From NCBI RefSeq assembly GCF_001194135.2, contig NC_068981.1:166831549-166895548 (forward strand): a DNA stretch of 64,000 nucleotides, read 5' to 3'. Below are positions 13,401 through 23,923 of this stretch, piece after piece. The position numbers and the translations under genes were made by a program. A model generated the notes under the pieces. The model made no database searches, was not told where the DNA came from, and saw only the letters and a program-made list of their open reading frames with translations. Numbering within the stretch: position 1 is the first letter of the stretch; every line of letters begins with the position of its first letter. This DNA comes from Octopus bimaculoides (taxonomy: Eukaryota).

Positions 13401-14530
13401 TGTGAACAACCTTTTTCAAACCCTATTTCATGCCTACTACTTTCTATAAAAACCCAGCTTTTCCCTCAATACATGTCTTTGCTTCCTGACCTTTTAAGGT
13501 CAAGCCACTGACCATGTAGACACAGCCAGTTCCAGTGATGACTCCACAGCAGCTACGTTGAGACTTACCAACTTTCTCCAACAGCATTATGGCAACCTCT
13601 ATCTTTGTCACCACCATCATGTTCTTAGCATTGTCAACAACTCTCTATGTACACAGCTCAGCAAGCAACTCGCCCAGGTTCCAACACTTCTCTATTTGTG
13701 AATTACTTCACCATGGATCAACAATGAATATACAATCTTCAAGAACTCCTGTACCAAGTGACCCAGGCAGCAGCATCACAGTCACAGCTTCATGTATGAC
13801 ATGTACCGGCAACTGGCTCAGTATCATGACCGCGACTTCTTGATACAGTATTTCAACTACTGTGTATAAATGACGATGAACTGGTATTATTTATCTTACT
13901 TGTGTCTATGAACATTCTTCTCACTTCTCTTTAAAAACTCTTTCACTGTCTACTTATCAACATCCTTAAACATACACAACACACACATACATCCATGCCT
14001 ATAATCACATACACGCATAAACTTTCTTCTCACGACAGCCTGTCAATTTATTTCTGTATCTATGACGCACACACAGACACACGTTATTATATCAATAAAT
14101 CTTCTCTTAATCATTCTACGTGGTTGTGTCTCCATTTTCTCTCTGGCACTTATATGTAGCATTCAATTATGTATTTATTGTATTGACTGTGTGATGTACT
14201 AAAGAACCATTCTCGTCACCTCACACCACACAGTCCCTACAAACTAAAAGAACATTGGATCAGATGCCCAGCAGTATTTGTTCCTGTTCTTTGCAGTCTG
14301 AGTTTATTCTGCTATGGTATACCTGGGGAGAATCTGTTGTCTAATTTAACACTGCCACCTGACACCATGTCTGCCTTTAGCAGAGTCTATTCTGTTATAA
14401 GCATTCAGGCAAAATCTCTTGTTTCAGAATAAGTTCCTCTTTCATACCAGTATTGGAGACTCTGTAAAGAGCCATAAGAACTGCTTCTCCTCTTGATCAA
14501 CAGATATATATATATAAATTAATAGTTATC

Positions 14531-14738
14531 GCCAAGCCAACATGGCAGTCCCAAAATTAGGACGAAAGCTGCCGTGAATTAGCTCCAAGAAGCCATCGCC
14601 TCTAGCTAGCTATGTGACACACGAAACCTGTGTCCTTTATAACCTTCGAACAGGGGAGGTCAGCAGTGTCCCCCTGCTGGTTTGGCATCTGCAGACTAGT
14701 TTCAGGGTGTTGCCCCTTGTCAATGCAGAGCAGCCAAG

Positions 14739-14740
<2 letters not shown>
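14531..14740 (-). mobile_element. About 202-bp structured hammerhead-containing unit (retrozyme-like)
   Basis: GCCAAGCC direct repeat at 14531-14538 and 14733-14740; HHR-B plus three further hairpins; (TA)n tracts on both sides. Confidence 0.55.
14688..14729 (-). ncRNA. Minimal type I hammerhead ribozyme with mutated core (HHR-B)
   Basis: - strand: UCUGCA / UUGACAA (CUGACGA with 2 transitions) / GGGG-CAACA-CCCU / GAAA / CUAG / UC / UGCAGA; palindromic stem III, GUC triplet. Confidence 0.75.

Positions 14741-14741
<1 letters not shown>

Positions 14742-14776
<35 letters not shown>
14742..14776. repeat. (TA)n microsatellite between the two hammerhead units
   Basis: Direct reading. Confidence 0.95.
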
Positions 14777-14778
<2 letters not shown>

Positions 14779-15338
14779 TTAATAAATTCAAAATAGGATA
14801 AAAATCTTTTACAAGAATTTTATCAGGAAGCTAGTGTGTAAAAAAATTCATAAGGGAAATTTCTATTCCCAAGAATATAATTATTTGTTTATATTTATAT
14901 AAGGACATTACTACAGAATAATGCCACGCAACAGACTTCCCAAATAAACACATTTTAGTACTGAATGCGAGGAAAGCAACCCTCAAAAGAAACCAACTTT
15001 ATTTTTTAAAAACTCAACTATGTATCGACCAATTTCGCGATTACCAGAATGAAATCTAGTTTCCGTTCATCAGCATAGTATAGTACCAAATATATATAAA
15101 TAAACAAAATCCTCACCTTACTGAAACGAACACCTTATGTATCCGACACAGCAAAGGGAATGATGCTTATCTATATATATCTCTTCAAAAAAAACGGGAA
15201 TCTTTCTGAGTTGCTCTCGGCACATGTGTCCAAAGCGGAATAAAATTCAGCATTGAATATATTCCGGGTATATATTTGATTAATAAATTCAAAATAGGAT
15301 AAAAATCTTTTACAAGAATTTTATCAGGAAGCTAGTGT
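14779..15338 (-). mobile_element. 501-bp terminally redundant, hammerhead-containing unit (retrozyme / Penelope pseudo-LTR-like)
   Basis: Identical 59-bp direct repeats at 14779-14837 and 15280-15338 enclose HHR-A; no long ORF; abuts a (TA)n tract. Confidence 0.6.
15017..15079 (-). ncRNA. Minimal type I hammerhead ribozyme (HHR-A)
   Basis: - strand: ACUAUG / CUGAUGA / A-CGG-AA-ACUAG-auuucauu-CUGGU-AA-UCG-C / GAAA / UUGGUCGA / UA / CAUAGU. Stem I 6 bp, intact core, imperfect stem II, short self-complementary stem III, AUA cleavage triplet. Confidence 0.8.
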
Positions 15339-16139
15339 AAGGTATAGAAACCAATCTAAAATTAAACAGATGTGGAAGAAGTCTTCTGGCCCATCCAGGT
15401 TGGCAGTAACTCCTGATACAAACTGTTCCAGATTCTGACAACACATAACAGCATAGAAAGCTAATGTAAAATGAGTGTGTGCATTATACATACATTTGTG
15501 TGTGTGTGTGTTAAATATGAGGTAGCTATGTATCTCCTCTACACCAAGACAGCTTTTCCTCAATCACTTTAATCTCACAACACCTGGCACAAATCCACCT
15601 TTTCACTACGACTTCTTCAATCAGCTGAGTGGTGAGGTCTATCTTGCAAGTTACTTAGTGATCTCCTAAGTGCAGGTGCCATGAAAAAAAGCACCCAGTA
15701 CATTCTATAAAAGTGGTTTGTGTTAGCAAGGGTATCCAGTCATAGAAACCATGCCAAAGCAGACACTGGAGTTCAATGTAGCCCTGTGGCTCACTGGATA
15801 CTGTCAAAACTGTCAAACCTGTGCCAGCATGGAAGATGGATGTTAAATGATGATGGTGATGAAGCTGGTGATGATGTCTGTCTCGCATACACATACAAGA
15901 GAAGGTTTATGTCTACTCATGGCTTCATAGGCACCTAAAACAAATAGCATTTACCTGCTATCAACTCATCCTCAGTTCTGAGTGACAGCTGTTGTAGCAA
16001 TACACACACACATATACATGCACACATATATATACACACATACACACCCACAGAGTATTTACTGTACTACTACAAATACAGAAGCATACACAATTAGACT
16101 CCTACTGAAATATATAATATTCTCTGGAAATATATATAC

Positions 16140-16727
16140 TCTCTCTCTTTTACTCTTTTACTTGTTTCAGTCATTTGATTATGGCTATGCTGGAGTACCA
16201 CCTTTAGTCGAGCAAGTCGACCTCAGGACTTATTCATTGTAAACCTAGTACTTATTCTATCGGTCTCTTTTGCCGAACCACTAAGTTACAGGAACGTAAA
16301 CACACCAGCATCGGTTGTCAAGCAATGTTGGAGGGACAAACACAGACACACAAACATATATACACACATAAATATATATATATACATATATATGATGGGC
16401 TTCTTTCAGTTTCCGTCTACCAAATNNNNNNNNNNCTATCGGTCTCTTTTGCCGAACCACTAAGTTACAGGAACGTAAACACACCAGCATCGGTTGTCAA
16501 GCAATGTTGGAGGGACAAACACAGACACACAAACATATATACACACATAAATATATATATATACATATATATGATGGGCTTCTTTCAGTTTCCGTCTACC
16601 AAATCCACTCTCAAGGCTTTGTTCGGCCTGAGGCTATAGGAGAAGACACTTGCCCAAGGTGCCATGTAGTGGGACTGAACCCGGAACCATATGGTTTGTA
16701 AGCAAGCTACTTACCACACAGCCACTC
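16140..16727 (-). mobile_element. tRNA-derived SINE with internal (TA/CA)n
   Basis: - strand head GTGGCTGTGTGGTAAG...GGTTCAGTCCC (A/B-box-like), body GGCACCTTGGGCAAGTGTC, tail (TAAAAGAG)n. Related copies at about 18400-18735(+), 24970-25170, 35345-35680(-), 39700-40110(-), 47800-47970(-), 58190-58680 and 59265-59390. Confidence 0.8.
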
Positions 16728-16809
16728 CTATTTATATAGTATCAAAAAATTTGAATCCATTCATGGATTTCTTACAAATTTACCTTGAATAGACATAAAC
16801 TGTCTTGGC

Positions 16810-16975
16810 AAGGCAGTGAGCTGGCAGAGTTGTTACCATGCACTGAGGTCAACTTTGCCTTTCATCCTTTCAGGGTTAATAAAATAAATACCATTTGATC
16901 ACTGGGGCTGATGTCATCAACTCCCCACCTTGCTCTGAAATTTCTGGCCTTGTGCCAAAATTTGAAACCAATATT
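16810..16975 (+). mobile_element. Second SINE family
   Basis: GTGAGCTGGCAGA...GAGGTCAACTTTGCCTTTCATCCTTTC...GGCCTTGTGCCAAAATTTGAAACC. Related copies at about 2085-2250, 3100-3400, 10440-10720, 24360-24520, 31135-31340(-), 33900-34060(-) and 61270-61420(-). Confidence 0.7.
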
Positions 16976-17352
16976 TACATCTGGTTTTTGGCGTTTATAC
17001 CAAAAATAATGAAACAACTATCATCACTAAAGACGAAGTAAAGAGTTTAAAAAATGTAATCTTATTTTATATCTGGCATAAAAAATATAAAACAAATGAA
17101 AACCTTTTTCTCTCTGTTTTTGTTCATGGATATATTGTGTGTGTAACAAGAAGATTGGAAGACAATACCACATTTAAGAAAGTTCTAGATATAAGTGTTT
17201 ACGTAGATGTAAGCAATATCAGAAGGCAGTGTTTTCTAAGTTAATAAACATTACAATTTATGTATGTGTGATGTGTGTAGTGTTTACATGTAAATATGTG
17301 TATTCATGTAGTGTTAGGATGGGTTGTGTGTGTGAGTCTGTGGTGTGTATAT

Positions 17353-17722
17353 CATCACCATCATCATCATCATCGTTTAACGTCCGCTTTCCATGCTAGC
17401 ATGGGTTGGACAATTTGACTGAGGACTGGTGAACCAGATGGCTACACCAGGCTCCAATCTGATTTGGTAGAGTTTCTACAGCTGGATGCCCTTCCTAACG
17501 CCAACCACTCCGAGAGTGTAGTGGGTGCTTTTACGTGTCACCCGCACGAAGGCCAGTCAGGCGGTACTGGCAACGGCCACGCTCAAAATGGTGTCTTTTA
17601 TGTGCCACCCACACAAGAGCCAGTCCAGGGGCACTGGCAACGATCTCGCTCGAAAATCCTATGAAGGCCAGTCAGGCGGTACTGGCAACGGCCACGCTCA
17701 AAATGGTGCATCTTATGTGCCA
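17353..17722 (-). mobile_element. Same (GAT)n-tailed SINE family, copy
   Basis: Reverse complement of the core, with the (CAT)n tail at the left end. Confidence 0.85.
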
Positions 17723-19679
17723 NNNNNNNNNNTCCAAAGGTCTCAGTCAGTAGTCATCGCCTCGGTGAGGCCCAATGTTCGAAGGTCTTGCCTCACCACC
17801 TCAGCCCAGGTCTTCCTGGGCCTACCTCTTCCACGGGTTCCCTCAACTATTAGGGTGTGGCACTTTTTCACGCAGCTATCCTCATCCATTCTCACCACAT
17901 GTCCATACCAGCGCAATGCCAGTATCTACTTGTGTGAAAATTTATTTTTGAAATTCTGATCTAATTTCATCGCCTTTGGCTGTTTCTATTTCTTTGTGTC
18001 ACTCACAACAAACCCACAGAACATTTTTCTGAATATGACAACAGATAAACACTGAAGAATTGAGAAAGGAACTAAACATGAAAAGCTGTTGGTTGATGAA
18101 AATAAGAGAGATAGCTAAATTGGTATTAACATTAATAGAAAACTGTTGAGAAGGTCTGGGCCTAATAATATAGTTGGTGTTCAACAGTATATTCTATGTT
18201 TAACTATTTAAATGTTGTGGGCATCTACTGTGAAATGGATATTTTCCTCAACATGAGGGATTTTCAGTGGAAGAACAAAAAGGTAGACTGATACAATAAA
18301 AATAAGTTATTGCTAATGTATCAGAATTTAATAAATGGATAGTTAAATCATTGTTAACATGCAGAGAACATTAAAAGCTAGCTAAAAATAATTTAAGTGG
18401 TTCCAGGCTCAGTCCCACTGCAGGACACCTTGGGCAAGTATCTTCTTGGGCTGAATGAAGCCTTGTGAGTGGATTTAGTAGATGGAAATTGGAAGAAGCT
18501 CATTGTATGTATGTGTGTCTTTGTTTTTGTCCTCCATCACCACTTGACAAATGGTATTTGTTTGTTTACATCCCTTTAACTTAGTGGTTCAGCAAAAGAG
18601 ACTTATAGAATAAGTACTAAGCTTAAAAAATAATAAGTACAGGGATTGATTCATTCAGCTAAAAAAGTTTTTCAAGGCGGAGCTCCAGCATGGCTGCAGT
18701 CTAATGACTGAAACAAGTAAAAGATAAAAGATAAGCATGAGACAAATCCAGTCATGTTTTCCTGACCTCATCAATGAAGCATAACCTTTGCTGTGCTTGA
18801 CGAAGTATTAATGAGAGAATCCATAAGTAAATGCATAAGATCAACGGATCCAAACTACTGGCACACCAATATGCTATGTCCTTTGTCCTTTCAGCCATTA
18901 CAATATAGTTTTTTTCTTTACAACAATGTTCTCTGTTTGGTTGAGCTTTCTAAATATGTCACCTCATGTAATCCAAATTGATGGACTCATCTCTTTTTCT
19001 TTTATTACAGCTATAATGTCATGCTCCTCATATTTTATCTTTCATATATTTACTCTTGATTTTAACAAAGCTTTTTTTTACTGTGTATTTTATGGAATGC
19101 TCTTCGCACCCATATGTTTCATCTATCAACCAACCTACAACATTTCAAATTAAATATTAACTATTTTAACACCATCAGATATTCTGGCCCTTGATCTAAC
19201 AGGAGCTTAGAATAGCAATGGTCACTGATCCACTATTTTTAGATAAATAAATAAATAGATAAATAATGTATTTTTTAATATAAATATTTTAATTTAAAAT
19301 AAATAGATAAATAACGTGTTTATTAATATAAATTTCAAAATCAGTAGAATAACTTAGTAATAAAAATAATCTTCTGCTACTTTAGTAATAGAAACAATCG
19401 ACTGCTACCTAAGTAATGGGAAAAATCTACTGCTTCCAGTGAGTCTAAAATAAAAAAAGGTTTTGACTGATCATAATACAAAACATTACATGGCATACTT
19501 ACTCTATTGATTCTCCGTCAGTTAAGCTGAAATCTTATTGACTGCACTATTTAAGCATTCATTGTTTGTATTGTTTACACAATACTGAGTTCCTACCAAC
19601 TCTTCTTCTCTATCATCATTACTAGTGTCATAATTTTAACAACTATTTTTCATACTGGTATGAGTTGGACAGATCTATT

Positions 19680-20920
19680 GCAGAGCATATTGCGAGTCAC
19701 TTCTGTGTTTTGTCAAAATATCAGTGAGATACTGCATCATGGGATTGGAGTTATCCTCTTTTGTGCATACCTTCAGTTCATAGCCCTTTTCTCAGTTCAC
19801 AGTGTCTATTAGTGTCACAAGTCCATACCAGCACAGTCCTCTTTCTTGTATACATTGTATGATATCTTTAATGCCCAGTCACTCTGAGATCAATTGTGTG
19901 GCCCCTGTCCTTGATACAAATTAAATTTATACATCCAACAAACAGTATTGGACTCATTTTTCTCTCTTGGTAGATTCACTACATTCAGAATCTTTATCAT
20001 TCACAGTGAAACACACACTCTTAATATGTAATTCAGGCAGTCTGTTCAAAATTAAATGTCCTTGGGAATTGTTATATGCCGTTCACCTTGTTTTCATTAC
20101 AGAAAAGGCTTAAAACTTGAAAGTTCACAGGGTAAAGGCTTGAAGGCCAATATAACAAAGAGCAAAGTTCTAAGAATTAAGGAGAGAGAGGGGGGGGGGG
20201 AGAAAGAGAGGGGAAGAAAAAGAGAATACAAAATCCAAGCACTCTGGGAAGTGTCCTTATAAAACATGTAGGAACAAAGTTAATAGTAGTTCAATACTGA
20301 TCATCCAAAACTCAAAAATGATCAATGGGGTTGCTGTCAGATTGACCATGAATATTGACTTCATATATTTTACAGAAGTTCACCAGTAGGTAGTGGACAG
20401 AAAATAAAGTCCATCTACTAAGATGACTCTCAAAAAGTAGTAGACATTTTCTGTTACCAAGTTGTGATGACTGGCAAAAGTACAATAATTAGAATAAAGA
20501 TGAAAGATATTGTTTTTTTTAACATACTATAAAATGTCCCTATAACATCATGTTTCCTTTGGTTGCACTCTTATCTTCCATTTGGGCTTGAATTGTTTAA
20601 CTATGTCATCTTAGAGGTTTTCCTGAATGATTCCTTCCAGTCTCTTGGATACCACTTGATAACTGCACAAATCCATCTCTTGTTTGTAAACCTTGCAATA
20701 CGTCTGACCCATTGGAATTTGTACTTTTTTATATTCTATGACTAGATCATTCACTCTGCTCCATTCTTGAATGTCCTTATTTCAAATATGGTCCTGTAAT
20801 ATATCTAATATGGATCCTTCGATGGTTCATGTTCTAGACTCCAGACTTCTTCTGCAACTCTTAAGATGATTTTGCAACAAGCACAATGATATTCACACCC
20901 AGAAATTCCCTTGACCATTT
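19680..20920 (-). mobile_element. Decayed RTE-type LINE fragments
   Basis: - strand remnants, including KFQWVRRIARF..KRW..AVIKWYP; boundaries approximate. Confidence 0.5.
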
Positions 20921-23800
20921 ATTAAAAATTCATTTACAAGTTTTAACCCACCACAAAAAAAAACCAAAAAAACAAGCAAAACAATAATGGATGAAACAGA
21001 CAAACAACTGCCTAAAACCTAAACTGTATTTTGAAAATGTAGCTGCCTCTGATCTTACTTTTAACTCCATATGTAACCTGAGAAGCTCACCAATTCCCAC
21101 TAAATTTTCAAAAGTATGGAGTCTAACAAACATATTTCCTAAGAGAACGCATGCAAGATATGTTCCAAGTATTCCTTTCCTGATGTTCCAGTGATGCAAA
21201 ACAAGAATACCAGTTTAATAAGACACTTTTTCTCATTAATCAAATTTTTAAATATAACTTGAATCAAACTGATCTATTTATACAATATTATATTTTAGGA
21301 AAACATTTGTAGTGGTAATTTGAAACCTCAGCTGCTAAATAATTGGTCAGACACCACACAAGCAAACCACCGTAGTTTCATGTGGTCTGTCTATTAAGCA
21401 ACCAATCAGTATGAAGCGATTTTCTAGAATGTTCTTTTGTACCCAATGAAAGACCATTTTGCCGCTTTATTAATTGCAGAGTATTGAAGGTGGTTGACTT
21501 ATGCATCTTCACTCTTGCCATCAAACAGTTCCAAACATTTATGCAGATGACCAAAGCAGACAGCTAAGAACTTCTGTTGCCACAGAGATTTCCACAGCTG
21601 ACTTGGTATATTTTTGGATTGATGGCATGTTGTCATACAGATAGATTTTTATAATTTCAGAGCAGTCTGTTTCTATCCCAGTCGACAAGTATGTATGTTG
21701 TTCATTGTAAATAGCCAACACCAATATCTTTATGTCTGGCAATAAATATTCAATTAAATTTTCACACATTGCTTCAGTTATTACTCATATCCAACAAAAA
21801 ATATCTACACAGACCAGCTCAACTCAAACAGCAAGCAACAGTAAAACATTTATGGAATTACAGATATTTACTGATTACTATATCTAGTAAAACTACATTT
21901 TCTCATAAATAAGGTTGTTAATGCTTATTCTCAGAAACTGAAAGAAGCTCATCATATATAGCAGTTCAGCAAAAGATACCAATAGAATAAGTACCAGGCT
22001 TTTAAAAAATAATTCCAGGGGCTGGTTTGTTCAACTAAAACCCTTCAAGGTGGTACTCAAACATGGCCACAGTCAAGTGAGTGAAACAAGTAAAAGATAA
22101 AAGATATAGATATATATATGTTATTAGTCAAGTTTCTCCTAAGTCAGAAAGGAAAGCACACTCAATATATGTCAGAGAGCAGAAATATGTTTTTATCACC
22201 ACTCATTATGACATATGACTGATTAGAATGTTATGCCATAACTTTACTATATAAATCTCCCTGTAACTTGGGTTTATTCTCTATCACATCTTCACTATCT
22301 TATCTCTTTCTTTTTTCTCCAACTGAAGTAGCCATGTATCTCTTCTATTGCAAGACACCTTTTTCTGTTCCTTTATTCATACTCTAACTTCTCATCATCC
22401 TGGAACCAAGCCACTTTCCTCAACACTACTCTTTCCTCTGTTGAGGAGTCTTGTCTTGCAAATTAATTAGTGACCTCACTTCTGCTAGTGCCACATAAAA
22501 AGTGCCCAGCATACTCTGTAAAGTGGTTGGTGTCAGGAAGGACATCCAGCTATAGAAACCATGCTAAAATAGACAGTAAAGCCTGGAGCAGTCTTCTGGC
22601 TTTCTGGCTCCTGTCAAACTGTCCAATCCATGCCAGAATAAAATGTAGACATTAATTGATGACGATGATGATGAGATGACGATGACAATGATGATGACGA
22701 TATATATTTATAAGTGCTGTTAAGATTAAAACAACACCTGAAACAAAACCATTCATAAATGTTACCAAGTTGCTCACAAGTGACAGCTGGTGATACTCAT
22801 TGTCTATTCATTGAAAAAAAAAAAATATTTACTGCATTGTTAAGGCTGGAATACCTTTGTATTATTTCTTTTTACTGTTATGGAAGCAAAATTTTACGAA
22901 TAAAAAGGAAAAGTGAATTTCTGCAGCAAATAACATAAACATTATAGTTGAAATAAATTTATGGAGAATTATAATGACTCTCATAAAACAAATCAGCACC
23001 AGTTGTGTGCTTTATTTCTAGGTAATACTGAGTATCAAGTATCATTCTAATTTTACATAAGGTTAATGATTATTCTCATTAATTGTGTTTCCCTTTCAGC
23101 ATTTTTAAAGTTCAATTATATTGTTGTTTGTGCTCAATCAATTCTTAAGAATATACAATAAATCAAAAAATATTTTTTGCTTTTAATTGCTTTGAAATTT
23201 AGTGGGGACAGTGCCTATAATTTTTGTAAGCACTTCCAGATTAAAATTAACGTGGTTAATTTTCAGTTAGGACTTCTAGAGTTTAATATTTTCTTTCTTT
23301 AATAAATTTCTGTCTTTGGACCGTGATCATGCTGAAGCATAGTATTTTAGTTGATTATAGCAATCTTTGTTCTCTGTCTGGTACATTTTTTATTGTTTTT
23401 TTTTTTTTAGACTATTCTCCTTGAAAAATTTTCACATATATAGACCATATAAACTTTCACCCCTGTAACATGGACCATACCGTCAAACCCACCACTAAAG
23501 TTCTATGGAAACTCAATATGAACTACTGCCTTAAATTATCCCACCTGAAAAAATTCCTCCTGAGAACGACTATATTCACCTACCCACCACTGGATGAAAT
23601 AACATGGCTCATATAATATATTACGGGAAGTCTGTACCTTATTTCCCCTTGTTATGCCCACATCATTGTACTATGTTGTACTTCACTTATATTCTTGAAT
23701 TTGCTCTTGCTCTTATTCTTATTCTACTCTATTTAAAAGGATAAACACACCTTAACTATTCTTAACTGACTTTTATGTGTTAGCCCCCTTCTCCAACCAC

Positions 23801-23923
23801 TTAGACCCTCTGAAGAAGCCTAGGGGCACATCCATTATCCAAGTCTTGTCTGCTCATCTCTGCATAACACTGAAGAGGTGGAGATTTTGTTTCCTCTTGG
23901 CAGAAACGGCCGTAAGGAACTAG
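23801..23923 (+). ncRNA. Type I hammerhead ribozyme with long stem II loop (HHR-C)
   Basis: UUAG-AC-CCU / CUGAAGA / A-GCCUAGGGG...(about 65 nt)...CCUCUUGGC-A / GAAA / CGGCCG / UA / AGG-AA-CUAG; stem I 7/9 pairs, stem II 8/9 pairs, palindromic stem III, GUA triplet. Confidence 0.7.

Noticed and set aside
14185-14235. GACTGTGTGATGT / ACACCACACAGTC hairpin next to the hammerhead cassette
   Set aside because: A real stem, but I could not place a ribozyme core on either strand.
16258-16603. Apparent 168-bp tandem duplication; also 11696-11787
   Set aside because: The duplicated sequence sits on either side of 10-N gaps, typical of unmerged contig overlaps.
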